A DNA stretch of 44,714 bases from a virus (Duplodnaviria; Caudoviricetes), in the IMG/VR virus record IMGVR_UViG_3300027790_000010, positions 1-44,714 of that record; one strand, 5' to 3'. This document shows positions 8,630 to 16,627 of the stretch, in pieces (position 1 is the stretch's first letter; each line of letters opens with the position of its first letter). The position numbers and the translations under genes were made by a program. A model generated the notes under the pieces. That model did not search any database, had not been told where the DNA came from, and saw only the letters and a program-made list of their open reading frames with translations.

Positions 8630-9000
8630 TGTTCTGTGTCCTCCTGCGCCACAAGCGCCTCGTAGAAAGCCAGCATCCCGGCTGGGGTTAGGAGCCACTG
8701 CTCAAAGCAGAAATATGTGTCGCCATCTAAGAACAGCCGGGAGTGCTGCATCCGCAGTTTGTGCGTGAGAAGTGCAAACCGCTCCATTGACGGCGGCAAC
8801 GCCAGTAGCACGGCTTGGAATACCGAGGGATGCAGTAGCCCCTCCATGCTCAAGCAGTCCTTTGGATTCTCTACAAGCAGTTCAACTTCGTGGGGTTCCT
8901 CAAAGGTCTGCCACTCAAGGGATGGCAGCAGCGCCGCCACCCTCGGCGCGAGTTCGGCGGCAAGTGCTGTTTGCTCTGGTGTTGGTTGGGTACTAGACAT
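8626..9000 (-). CDS. Hypothetical protein
   Basis: 124-aa ORF in the chain. Confidence 0.6.
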   Translation of the reverse strand: MSSTQPTPEQTALAAELAPRVAALLPSLEWQTFEEPHEVELLVENPKDCLSMEGLLHPSVFQAVLLALPPSMERFALLTHKLRMQHSRLFLDGDTYFCFEQWLLTPAGMLAFYEALVAQEDTEQ

Positions 9001-9089
9001 AGTGGTGCACTAATGCGGCCACAAGTAGCGCGGCCAGGATCAAGGTGAAAGCGAGGCCAACGGTGGCTTCGTCAATGTGGGGTTTTCGG

Positions 9090-9347
9090 CTAGTCATCGG
9101 CCAGAGCCTCCTTGAGTTGGCGGTGTGGGCAGTCAGGGGCGCACTCTTGCTCCTCATCCTCTCGGCAGTAGAAGCAGTATTTCTCGACTTTCGTACCAGT
9201 CAGGTGAACCAGGAAGGGCCACTCTTTGCCGACAGCCTGCGCCGCCGCCAGGATCGTGCGGAGTTTGGCTGCCTGTGAACGGATGTTCTTACCCTGCTCT
9301 ACGGCATCGGCAATGTAGGCAAGATGCTCTGGTAGGTGGTCACTCAC
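9090..9347 (-). CDS. Hypothetical protein with Cys-rich C-terminus
   Basis: CFYC...CAPDCP; GGAGG-coupled start. Confidence 0.6.
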   Translation of the reverse strand: MSDHLPEHLAYIADAVEQGKNIRSQAAKLRTILAAAQAVGKEWPFLVHLTGTKVEKYCFYCREDEEQECAPDCPHRQLKEALADD

Positions 9348-9580
9348 GCCGCACCCTCCTGCTTAACGAACTCCTTGAGCAAGTCGAGAAGCTCTAGTGC
9401 GTCGTTGATGGGGATGCGGACGATCGGATGGTGGCCAGCCTTGCGTAGGTAGAGTGCCTTGCCAACACAATCTCTAGTGGTGACGAAGTGTGCGCTGTAG
9501 CTCTCGCCGTCCTTGACCTTCCACTCGATTGATTCGATTGGCTGGCTGACAGGGCGGCGCTTGACTGTGATGTTACTCAT
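9344..9580 (-). CDS. Hypothetical protein
   Basis: Coupled ORF. Confidence 0.6.
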   Translation of the reverse strand: MSNITVKRRPVSQPIESIEWKVKDGESYSAHFVTTRDCVGKALYLRKAGHHPIVRIPINDALELLDLLKEFVKQEGAA

Positions 9581-9711
9581 CGTCGGCTCCCTGCTCTAAA
9601 GCGGCGATGCGATTACCGTGCGAGTTCAGCCTCGCTGTCAGCACAAACAGCGATAGCGATAACATGACCACCGCGAACACGGTTGCCGCGCTCGGGCCGC
9701 GTCGTTCGGAG

Positions 9712-9963
9712 CTACTCACCAGCGCCACCCCCTCGGATACCCGGAAACGGCGGCACGGGGCAGACTGCCTCCAGCTCTGCGTTGGTAGCCCCCTGCTCCG
9801 CAACCTCGGCCTGGATCGCGCGGGCATCTGATACAGCCCACTCCGCGATATTGGCACTATGAAGTTGGTTGTCCGAGGCCGCATACCCAGCCGCAATCGT
9901 CGCCGCCAGCATTTCGAGGTGCCGCCTTTCGACGGGGCACTGAAGTTTGTCGTCTGTAGTCAT
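9712..9963 (-). CDS. Hypothetical protein
   Basis: ATGA-coupled to the primase stop. Confidence 0.6.
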   Translation of the reverse strand: MTTDDKLQCPVERRHLEMLAATIAAGYAASDNQLHSANIAEWAVSDARAIQAEVAEQGATNAELEAVCPVPPFPGIRGGGAGE

Positions 9964-11510
9964 TTTGCTCCTCCAGAGCTGGTTGCCCGGCGCCGGCTCT
10001 CAAGGTCCCGCTCGCCGACAAGTTTACCCAGGGTACCGTCGGAATCGATGGCTGTCAACGGGATCTCCCAGTAGTGGAAGGACCCGCGCTTCTTCCTGCC
10101 GATGTCCTCCAGGTTTTTCTGTGTGACCCCGCTGAAAGCCTGGCACACCTGCTGCATCAGCGAGACGGCCAGGAACAACGTGGTCTCGCCGTCGCTGTGC
10201 TTGAGCCACGCCTTGCCCTTGTTGATCGCCTTGTTGTCCTCGCGGACCGGGGCGCCCTCGAGGAAAGTCTGGCCGATGTACCCGGCGTCGGCGGCATCGC
10301 GGACGTGCTGGCGGAGGGTGTCCTTGAACTCGTCAAAGTCATCACCGAGAATCTTCGAGTGGCGGGTCGTCGCGTGGAGGTGCCGCTGAAAGGCTTTCCA
10401 CCAGAGCATCTCCAGGGCCAACGGCGATTGCCCTAGGGTGTCCTCGGGGCAGTCCCCCATCTGCGACAACAGCCCCAGGACCTCCTCACGGTTGGCTAAA
10501 CTTGCAACTTCCTCCGACCGGGGGCCAACGGTGAGGACGTACCCTTTAGTCTTGCCCCGCTCTGTGTTGGTCTGCATCGTGACAGGCGCCCCGAAGAGCA
10601 GCTCAGCCTCCGATGCGGCCTCCGAGGGCAGCACGATCTTCTTCTCCTTGACGTTGCCCCAGCCGCTCTTCCAGCCATTCAAGAAGTGCGACTCGAAGTC
10701 GGCGGCGTCAAAGACGGACTCGCCGGCCTGCGCTGGACAGACCCGTCGGGCGAAGTCGATGGCCTTCGCCTTGAAAGCCTGCGTCGGCTTCTCGCGGCCC
10801 CAAATCCGGCCCATGATTTCCCCCGTGTGGAACCCGAAGTGGCTGAAGGTGCCCCCCGGAATGCAGTCATCGGGCATATGCACTAGCAGCGTGTCGAAGA
10901 GCCTGTGCAGCTCCGTCGGCATCGCGGGCGCGTTGTTCTGCGAGGGCGGCCGGCAGAGCTTCTGGTAGGCGCCGAGGGGCATCTCCGGGAGCCTGTCGAG
11001 GTCCAGCGGCCGCTCCCACTCGTAGGAGCCGCGCCCCGCCTTACCGTCGGCCACAGAGCCGGGAAGCATGAGGCCCCGCGAGCCAACGGCCGACGCAAAG
11101 AGGTCGCCCTTGAAGCCGCCGGTGTCGAAGTTCCGGGCGGGGTGCCGCAGCTCGTGGCCCGAGGGTGCCCTGAAGTAGATGTGCAGGCCGCCGCTCACCG
11201 TCCGGGCCACCGCGACGCCGGCCGGCAGCGGGTCGATGGGCGACGCCACCCGCCAGAATGCCGTCAGGTCGGCCCCAGGGACATCCACATCGACGATCAC
11301 CAGGGCGGTCGGGTCTGTCGGCTTCGGGACGAGGCACCAGCCAGTCGAGCCTACGGCGCTTCTCAGGGCATCGGCGGCCTGCTGCTGCGAGAGCTTAGAC
11401 CAGCCGGGCAGCCGGGGGCCTTTGTCGTAGCCTGTAACGGGGAGGACGGTGTAGCCCCGAGCGAGGAGCGCGGTGGCGGTGGCGGGGTTGGGGGTGGGGT
11501 TAGTGGTCAT
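9960..11510 (-). CDS. Bifunctional primase-polymerase (Prim-Pol, AEP) domain protein
   Basis: GYTVLPV..K.P...GW, IVDVD, RTVSGGLHIYFR; no P-loop seen in the C-terminal half. Confidence 0.88.
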   Translation of the reverse strand: MTTNPTPNPATATALLARGYTVLPVTGYDKGPRLPGWSKLSQQQAADALRSAVGSTGWCLVPKPTDPTALVIVDVDVPGADLTAFWRVASPIDPLPAGVAVARTVSGGLHIYFRAPSGHELRHPARNFDTGGFKGDLFASAVGSRGLMLPGSVADGKAGRGSYEWERPLDLDRLPEMPLGAYQKLCRPPSQNNAPAMPTELHRLFDTLLVHMPDDCIPGGTFSHFGFHTGEIMGRIWGREKPTQAFKAKAIDFARRVCPAQAGESVFDAADFESHFLNGWKSGWGNVKEKKIVLPSEAASEAELLFGAPVTMQTNTERGKTKGYVLTVGPRSEEVASLANREEVLGLLSQMGDCPEDTLGQSPLALEMLWWKAFQRHLHATTRHSKILGDDFDEFKDTLRQHVRDAADAGYIGQTFLEGAPVREDNKAINKGKAWLKHSDGETTLFLAVSLMQQVCQAFSGVTQKNLEDIGRKKRGSFHYWEIPLTAIDSDGTLGKLVGERDLESRRRATSSGGAK

Positions 11511-11688
11511 CGGTGATTGGCGCCTCGCCCCAGGGTTCTAGGATGGCGTCGAGGCGGATCAACATTACAGCGAGCTGCACATCGTCGTTAGCCTTAGCAG
11601 TGTCGGCCATCCAATCTCGGAACTTTACTAGCTCTGTGATAGTGATGTCCGTCAGGTGACCTTCGGGGTCGGGGTGGTTGAGGCTCAT
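11500..11688 (-). CDS. Hypothetical protein
   Basis: Start at MSLNHP, overlapping the upstream stop. Confidence 0.5.
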   Translation of the reverse strand: MSLNHPDPEGHLTDITITELVKFRDWMADTAKANDDVQLAVMLIRLDAILEPWGEAPITDDH

Positions 11689-11873
11689 GTGGAGTGCCCT
11701 CGCGAAGTTACAATGACACTTAGGATCATCAAGGCAAGAAACAAGGCTACAGGGATTAGGGTCGGCGACAACACCCACCACCAAGACCAGTCGATTACGC
11801 CACCCAGTTTTAACCCAACGAATAGGATTGTGAGGAGAGAGGTGAAGCTCATACCAGGGCCTCCACGAGCCAC
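11685..11873 (-). CDS. Small membrane protein (phage Tmemb_185A / Fragile-X-F-like family)
   Basis: LLTILFVGLKLGGVIDWSWWWVLSP signature. Confidence 0.8.
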   Translation of the reverse strand: MARGGPGMSFTSLLTILFVGLKLGGVIDWSWWWVLSPTLIPVALFLALMILSVIVTSRGHST

Positions 11874-12017
11874 GAGGCCAGTTGCCAGCAGGCCACGCCG
11901 ATTAGCCCTACAGAGATCGCCCCGTTGAAGAGCTGCGCCCGGAGGGTCTTCTTGTTGGCGCCGCGAACCCAGGCGTAGCTCAAGAGGCCTAGTAAGGTGA
12001 ACAGGAGCAACTGCACC

Positions 12018-12176
12018 CTACTCGACCTCCAAAGTCTCAATGCGCTGCTCTAAGGCAGAGACAGACCGCTCTATGCCAACCTTTACCCATTGCAGGGTAA
12101 GTAGCACTGTAACGAATAAAACCCATCCTGCAATAAGTCCATACATGTGAGCGTCGGCGCAGTCGTGATCGCTCAT
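12018..12176 (-). CDS. 52-aa single-TM protein with C-terminal coiled coil
   Basis: Manual translation MSDHDCADAHMYGLIAGWVLFVTVLLTLQW...LEVE; TAATG-coupled to the RHH gene. Confidence 0.6.
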   Translation of the reverse strand: MSDHDCADAHMYGLIAGWVLFVTVLLTLQWVKVGIERSVSALEQRIETLEVE

Positions 12177-12340
12177 TACTCAACCCTCCCAGGCCACTCG
12201 TAGCCCTGCTGCTGGAAGTAGAAGGCGAAGACCTTCCGCATGAAGGCCGCTCTGCTGAGGTCGTCAGCGGCGGCCGTGGAGTCCACTAGCTCGAGCTGTA
12301 GCGCTGAGAAGTAGACCGATACCTTGATGTCGTTCTTCAT
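12176..12340 (-). CDS. Ribbon-helix-helix (CopG/Arc-like) regulator, 54 aa
   Basis: Manual translation MKNDIKVSVYFSALQLELVDSTAAADDLSRAAFMRK fits the RHH pattern; first gene after a promoter. Confidence 0.75.
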   Translation of the reverse strand: MKNDIKVSVYFSALQLELVDSTAAADDLSRAAFMRKVFAFYFQQQGYEWPGRVE

Positions 12341-12349
12341 CGGAGGCGC

Positions 12350-12377
12350 AGTCTACCAGAAAACAACACTGGTTCAA
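12350..12377 (-). promoter_or_regulatory. Sigma70-type promoter for the replication operon
   Basis: TTGAAC-16 nt-TAGACT with a TG extension, 9 nt before the RHH ATG. Confidence 0.6.
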
Positions 12378-12507
12378 CCCTAAAACGGGGTAACTCTGGT
12401 TAAACCCCGAAAAAGGGGTGCTCTTTCTACCAGGTAGGAAGAGTGTCTATTTCGACGTACTCTAGACGCTGATTCGACATTGCCCTAATGTCCCCAAATC
12501 CCTTAGA

Positions 12508-12664
12508 GTAAAGGACTTAGGGTAGATCGGGAGGCCGATTCGCCATTTAGACGTGATTCGCGTTTTGCCGAAAAGGTGAATCCGGTACCAGACTTACGGT
12601 ATTCTGAAAAACGCCTCGTTTCTGGGAAACGGCGAAAACGTCGAAACGGTCGTAAGTCCTTTAC
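12508..12664. repeat. 12-bp perfect inverted repeat in a non-coding region
   Basis: GTAAAGGACTTA (12508-12519) and TAAGTCCTTTAC (12653-12664). Confidence 0.7.
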
Positions 12665-12828
12665 AGCAAACAAGGTTGGACAGCGAGAGGACGTCGAAAC
12701 CATGTCGAACGCCGACCCTCGATGGCGAACGCTCTAAAGAGGGGCCGCCAGCAACGAGAAAGCGGCGGGGACCACTTCAGAGCCACCGCCGCAAGTGCAG
12801 TATATTGCACACCCCCTGGTTAACGGTG

Positions 12829-12969
12829 TTAAGTGTCCCCCTCCCACAGCCAACAGGCCCCGACAGCCGCCACGAGGAGCCCGAGGCCGACTAGACCCGT
12901 GGCGACCATGCAGACGCCGCCAGCGACCAAGAGGGCCGCCGGCACTTTAGGCATCGAGTTGTCACTCAT
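12829..12969 (-). CDS. 46-aa hydrophobic membrane peptide
   Basis: Manual translation MSDNSMPKVPAALLVAGGVCMVATGLVGLGLLVAAVGACWLWEGDT with GGAGG upstream. Confidence 0.55.
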   Translation of the reverse strand: MSDNSMPKVPAALLVAGGVCMVATGLVGLGLLVAAVGACWLWEGDT

Positions 12970-13339
12970 TAGAGCCTCCCACCATCGCTAGGTGGTCGCG
13001 CCAGTCTACCAACTCCTTTTCAAGTTGTGCGATCTTCTGCCGGGCGTAGACCTGCTCGATTTGAGGTAAGTTCTCACGCAGGGCCGCAATCTTCTTCCGA
13101 TTCATCTCCCTTTTAGTGCTAAGCCAGTAAGACTCCAACCTTTCTTCGATCAAGTCTAGCGCATCGGTCGGGACATGCCAATCAGGTTCTTCCTCTCCCG
13201 CAGGGAACCTCTCGCAGATGGCGGTGTATCCCTCATCAAACCAGACGCACAGCTTGAGTTGCCAGGCTTCGTCGCCAGGGTGCATCAGGTCGTAGTGCCC
13301 GCGTTCGCTGTAAATCCAAACTTTAGTGATGTTGTTCAT
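12962..13339 (-). CDS. Hypothetical protein
   Basis: Start taken at MNNITKVW; the upstream part of the track ORF overlaps another small gene. Confidence 0.65.
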   Translation of the reverse strand: MNNITKVWIYSERGHYDLMHPGDEAWQLKLCVWFDEGYTAICERFPAGEEEPDWHVPTDALDLIEERLESYWLSTKREMNRKKIAALRENLPQIEQVYARQKIAQLEKELVDWRDHLAMVGGSNE

Positions 13340-13352
13340 TTGTGTCGTTGGT

Positions 13353-13529
13353 CTAACCTTCAGAGCCTCCAGCCACCAGCCGGGCCGCCCTGACCACGGC
13401 CCCCATAGCGAGGCCGCACCGCCACTTGTAGTGCTTCCAGGCGCTGCCACTGTCGCTAGGCGGCGTATCTTCGCGAACCGCGTCGAGGGCCGCCAGCGAG
13501 CGGCGCAGGGTGTCTAGGTGGTCAGTCAT
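13353..13529 (-). CDS. 58-aa hypothetical protein
   Basis: Manual translation MTDHLDTLRRSLAAL...; ATGA-coupled. Confidence 0.5.
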   Translation of the reverse strand: MTDHLDTLRRSLAALDAVREDTPPSDSGSAWKHYKWRCGLAMGAVVRAARLVAGGSEG

Positions 13530-13882
13530 TTAGGGCCTCCGGCATCGAGGTAGTTCAGTACATTGTCTACACCGTCTAGGGCCGCCCTGGCGTATTGCTG
13601 GGGGGCGCGAACCCCTACGGCCAGCCGCCATAGGGTGCGCCGGAGTTTCTCATTGAGGGCGTTGGACATGGTTAGGGCTTGCTTGGTGCTAAGTAGGTCT
13701 GCGGACAGTTGCGCCTCAGATTTACCTATTGCGCCCTCCACGGCTGCTAGGCGGGTGGCGGCGTCATACAGAGCGTACTTCTGGCAGCCTTTGCAGTTTG
13801 TGGTGAGCATCTCGGTTGTCAAGCGGGTGCCAGCGCCCCCGCAGGCGGGGTGTCCTTCCAGGTCTAGATGTAGTTTAGACAT
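13526..13882 (-). CDS. Hypothetical protein with N-terminal H-C-CxxC Zn motif
   Basis: AGGAG before MSKLHL; ACG...NCKGC. Confidence 0.65.
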   Translation of the reverse strand: MSKLHLDLEGHPACGGAGTRLTTEMLTTNCKGCQKYALYDAATRLAAVEGAIGKSEAQLSADLLSTKQALTMSNALNEKLRRTLWRLAVGVRAPQQYARAALDGVDNVLNYLDAGGPK

Positions 13883-13911
13883 ATGTGTCTCCTTGGTTAA
13901 TGTCGCAGGTT

Positions 13912-14181
13912 TCACTCATTAGAGCCCTCCACCGCAGGGCGACAGCACCCGTCGCACCCGTGTAGGCCGTAGCCCGGCGCACCGTTGGCTTCGAGCCACG
14001 CCACGCTATCAGGGTCGGGGTGTCCGACGCCGTGCGGGCAGAGTCGCTCGACCAGGCCGCTAGGGCGCAGGCTATAAGGCCAGTCGTTCATGGTGTGGGC
14101 CGTTGGGTTGTGGAAAATACAACGCTGGCCGGCACACTGTTCAGGGCTGTGCGCCCATTTTGGGGTTGGTGGTTGGTTCAT
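13912..14181 (-). CDS. Cys/His-rich conserved phage protein
   Basis: ERLCPHGVGHPDPD...HGCDGCC motif. Confidence 0.8.
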   Translation of the reverse strand: MNQPPTPKWAHSPEQCAGQRCIFHNPTAHTMNDWPYSLRPSGLVERLCPHGVGHPDPDSVAWLEANGAPGYGLHGCDGCCRPAVEGSNE

Positions 14182-14397
14182 TTAGGGCCTCCCCAGGAAA
14201 GCTAGGGCATCCTCGAGGCAGTCGAGGGGCCCCACCCAGTCAGTGCCCGCGCCTTGCCCGTACATGAGACCAACGTACCAGCCGCCGTCCTTGAGGTCAA
14301 AGACCAGTTCGTCGCCATCGGCGGTCCGCAGCTCGATGCCGCCCGGCCCGGCTGATCCGGTGACCAGCCAGGCGCCGCGAGTTGGGATGTTGGTCAC
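14182..14397 (-). CDS. Hypothetical protein
   Basis: Coupled ORF. Confidence 0.6.
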   Translation of the reverse strand: MTNIPTRGAWLVTGSAGPGGIELRTADGDELVFDLKDGGWYVGLMYGQGAGTDWVGPLDCLEDALAFLGRP

Positions 14398-14576
14398 TTA
14401 GAGCCACCTCCACTGTTGCAACTACCGGCAACCGCGTCCACTACCAGCAGTCCGACATAGTGCGTCATCGCGATGGTCAGGTAGTTTATCGTATATCCTG
14501 ACCCCGCTAGGACACCAATGCCAGCCAGCACAAGCCATGCACAGAAGCCCAGCGCCAAGAACTTGCGGTCACTCAT
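14394..14576 (-). CDS. Small two-TM membrane protein
   Basis: MSDRKFLALGFCAWLVLAGIGVL... Confidence 0.55.
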   Translation of the reverse strand: MSDRKFLALGFCAWLVLAGIGVLAGSGYTINYLTIAMTHYVGLLVVDAVAGSCNSGGGSK

Positions 14577-14769
14577 CAGAGCCACCCTCCTGCGGGTCAA
14601 CCAGCTCCAGGGCTTGTTCGAGAAACTCCACCGCTTCCTCGTGGTCGCCGAAGAAGTGGTGCGCCCATCCGAAGCCATCTTTGAGGATCGACAGGCGCAG
14701 ATTGCCCGTGGTGGGGTGAAGGCTCGCCGACACTTTGGACGCGAGCTTGGTTTGTTTATTTGAGATCAT
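14569..14769 (-). CDS. Hypothetical protein
   Basis: 66-aa ORF with an A-rich leader. Confidence 0.6.
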   Translation of the reverse strand: MISNKQTKLASKVSASLHPTTGNLRLSILKDGFGWAHHFFGDHEEAVEFLEQALELVDPQEGGSDE

Positions 14770-14773
14770 TTTT

Positions 14774-14938
14774 CTACTTAGAACTCGGGACTACTTCAGG
14801 GCCCTTAGAGATTGACATGGCAACCTCGTAGGCTTTCCCAGCGTCAAACGCCTCAGCGACGGCCAACTCAGGGCTGGCGGTGTCTACTTCGGCTTCAAGG
14901 GTGACAGTTTCCTGCCAGGTTACAGTGTATTTAGTCAT
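14774..14938 (-). CDS. 54-aa DpnD/PcfM-like small acidic protein
   Basis: Manual translation MTKYTVTWQETVTLEAEVDTASPELAVAEAF; similar to 16057-16245. Confidence 0.6.
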   Translation of the reverse strand: MTKYTVTWQETVTLEAEVDTASPELAVAEAFDAGKAYEVAMSISKGPEVVPSSK

Positions 14939-15075
14939 GGTTTACTTAGTGCTAGTGCAAGAAGGCCGCGAGCCATCGACCGGTTGACCGGTTTCGAGGC
15001 AACACTCACAGCCGGGGCATGGTTTGGTGTCAGTCATTAGTCTATCTCAGGGCCAAGTGTCTCAAAATGAGACTG

Positions 15076-15119
15076 TCACTGCCCTAAGCCCGCACACCTC
15101 TAGGGCGCACGGGCGTTAG
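15076..15119 (-). repeat. Early-region hairpin element, copy A
   Basis: Minus strand: TAAC GCCCGTGCGCC-loop-GGTGTGCGGGC TTAGGGCAGTGA. Confidence 0.8.
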
Positions 15120-15235
15120 CTGTGGGCGGGGCGGCTACTGGCAGCCGGCGCACCACTCAGGGCGGACAACTTTTTCGGGGTCTCGGGTTTCCCCGATTAC
15201 AGCTCCGCAGGTGTAACAGGTTAAGGTGTAGACGG

Positions 15236-15448
15236 TCACTGACTGTTCCTCCACATCATCAGAGCGGCTTCGAGTAGGTCTTCGACATCACTGCCCCGGA
15301 CTACTGTTACCTGGTTCCGGCCCTCCTTGCTAGGCTGGACGAAGTGTAGATTGCCAGTGTAGGCGATAAACGCCCAGCCGCCTTTCCACCTTACCTGCCG
15401 GATAGGGCGCTTGTCGATACCGTCGTATTCGATTTTTACCGAGCTCAC
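15236..15448 (-). CDS. Hypothetical protein
   Basis: Coupled ORF. Confidence 0.6.
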   Translation of the reverse strand: MSSVKIEYDGIDKRPIRQVRWKGGWAFIAYTGNLHFVQPSKEGRNQVTVVRGSDVEDLLEAALMMWRNSQ

Positions 15449-15816
15449 TTACTTTTCTCCTCCTCATAGCCGTCAAACCAACGTTGGCCCCGGCTATTGA
15501 CACCGTGCGTCGATTCGAGCCGACAATGGGCCTGCGCTTCTTCCAGGGTCAGGCCGCGCTTAACCGTCCGGCCCCCTGGCGTACCATTGTTGACGAATCG
15601 TACGATTTTGTACGTTCCAGGGCTTACCGGGTTCCGCAGCTCGCGGCGCATAATCATGCGGTGGCGGTACTGCGGCTCGTTTTCACGGTAGCTCCGCAGG
15701 TCTTGCAGCGCGTCGCCTACTTCTTCGCAGTCGTAGATGGTCAGGTCTTCCCAGCGCGTCCCGTAGTGACCTTGGAGTACGTGCAGGTAGCGGTATTTGG
15801 TTTCAGCTTGTGCCAT
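15445..15816 (-). CDS. Two-domain early protein
   Basis: VLQGHYG.RWED...YRENE...RRE followed by YKIVRF...GLTLEEAQAHC...WFDGY. Confidence 0.75.
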   Translation of the reverse strand: MAQAETKYRYLHVLQGHYGTRWEDLTIYDCEEVGDALQDLRSYRENEPQYRHRMIMRRELRNPVSPGTYKIVRFVNNGTPGGRTVKRGLTLEEAQAHCRLESTHGVNSRGQRWFDGYEEEKSK

Positions 15817-15857
15817 GGTGTCTATTTTTCCTAGTGCCCCACCGGATTAGCAGGGCT

Positions 15858-15901
15858 TCACTGCCGCAAGCCCGCGCCGGTCGAGCCGGAACGGGCGTTA
15901 A
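15858..15901 (-). repeat. Early-region hairpin element, copy B
   Basis: Minus strand: TAAC GCCCGTTCCGG-loop-CCGGCGCGGGC TTGCGGCAGTGA. Confidence 0.8.
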
Positions 15902-15995
15902 GGGGTTGAGAGACTAGGGTGATGTTTGCTTCCCGGCGTCCGCCGCATCTGCCGTGTTTAGTTAGGGGCGGTTTGTTTTTAGCTAACCTAGCCTC

Positions 15996-16045
15996 TCACT
16001 GCCGCAAGCCCGCCAGCCCCGGAGGACTGGCAGGCTACGTCGGCT
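15996..16045 (-). repeat. Early-region hairpin element, copy C
   Basis: Minus strand: AGCCTGCCAGTCC-loop-GGGCTGGCGGGCT TGCGGCAGTGA. Confidence 0.8.
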
Positions 16046-16056
16046 CAGAGAGTAGT

Positions 16057-16245
16057 CTAGATGGGCTCGCCGTCTTCGTCAACTTCTTCGGCCTCATCTG
16101 AGCCGGGGGCATAGTAAGGGTCACTAATGGCCCAACCGGCGGGGTCGGAATCGTCTGATTTTGCAATAGCGTCCTCAGCGGAGCCGGCTTCGATGATGGC
16201 AGACACTTCTTGCTGCGTTATCCAGGTAACTTTGTAGCGCGGCAC
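16057..16245 (-). CDS. DpnD/PcfM-like small acidic protein
   Basis: YKVTW......IEAGSAEDA pattern. Confidence 0.65.
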   Translation of the reverse strand: MPRYKVTWITQQEVSAIIEAGSAEDAIAKSDDSDPAGWAISDPYYAPGSDEAEEVDEDGEPI

Positions 16246-16420
16246 TAGATCACCCTCCCTTTCGCAATCTCACCCTCGACCCCGAATCCTTCCAGGGCAT
16301 ACGCGAGGGCCAGGTCTTCGTCACGGGTGGTCAGTGCCCGGCGGCCATCGGCCCCAAGGACAAACCAAACCGGGCGGCGGGGCCTCGTGGTGCGGCCAAA
16401 ACCGTAGCGGCGGCGGGGCA

Positions 16421-16627
16421 TCACTTAGAGCCCTCCCCGGTTTCACGGTCGATCAGGGCGCGCATCTGTTTGACGTGCCGCTCGACCATTCCCTTTTTGA
16501 AGCAAGCAAGCTGCTCAGGGTTCTCTAGCACGTCTTCGGCGTAGACCGTGGCATCGATCAGGGCAGCCAGAAGTTCCTCGTTAGTCTGCTCGAGCAGTTC
16601 AATCCGCGCTTTAAGGTAGTCGCTCAT
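16421..16627 (-). CDS. Hypothetical helical protein
   Basis: GGAGG upstream, coupled. Confidence 0.6.
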   Translation of the reverse strand: MSDYLKARIELLEQTNEELLAALIDATVYAEDVLENPEQLACFKKGMVERHVKQMRALIDRETGEGSK

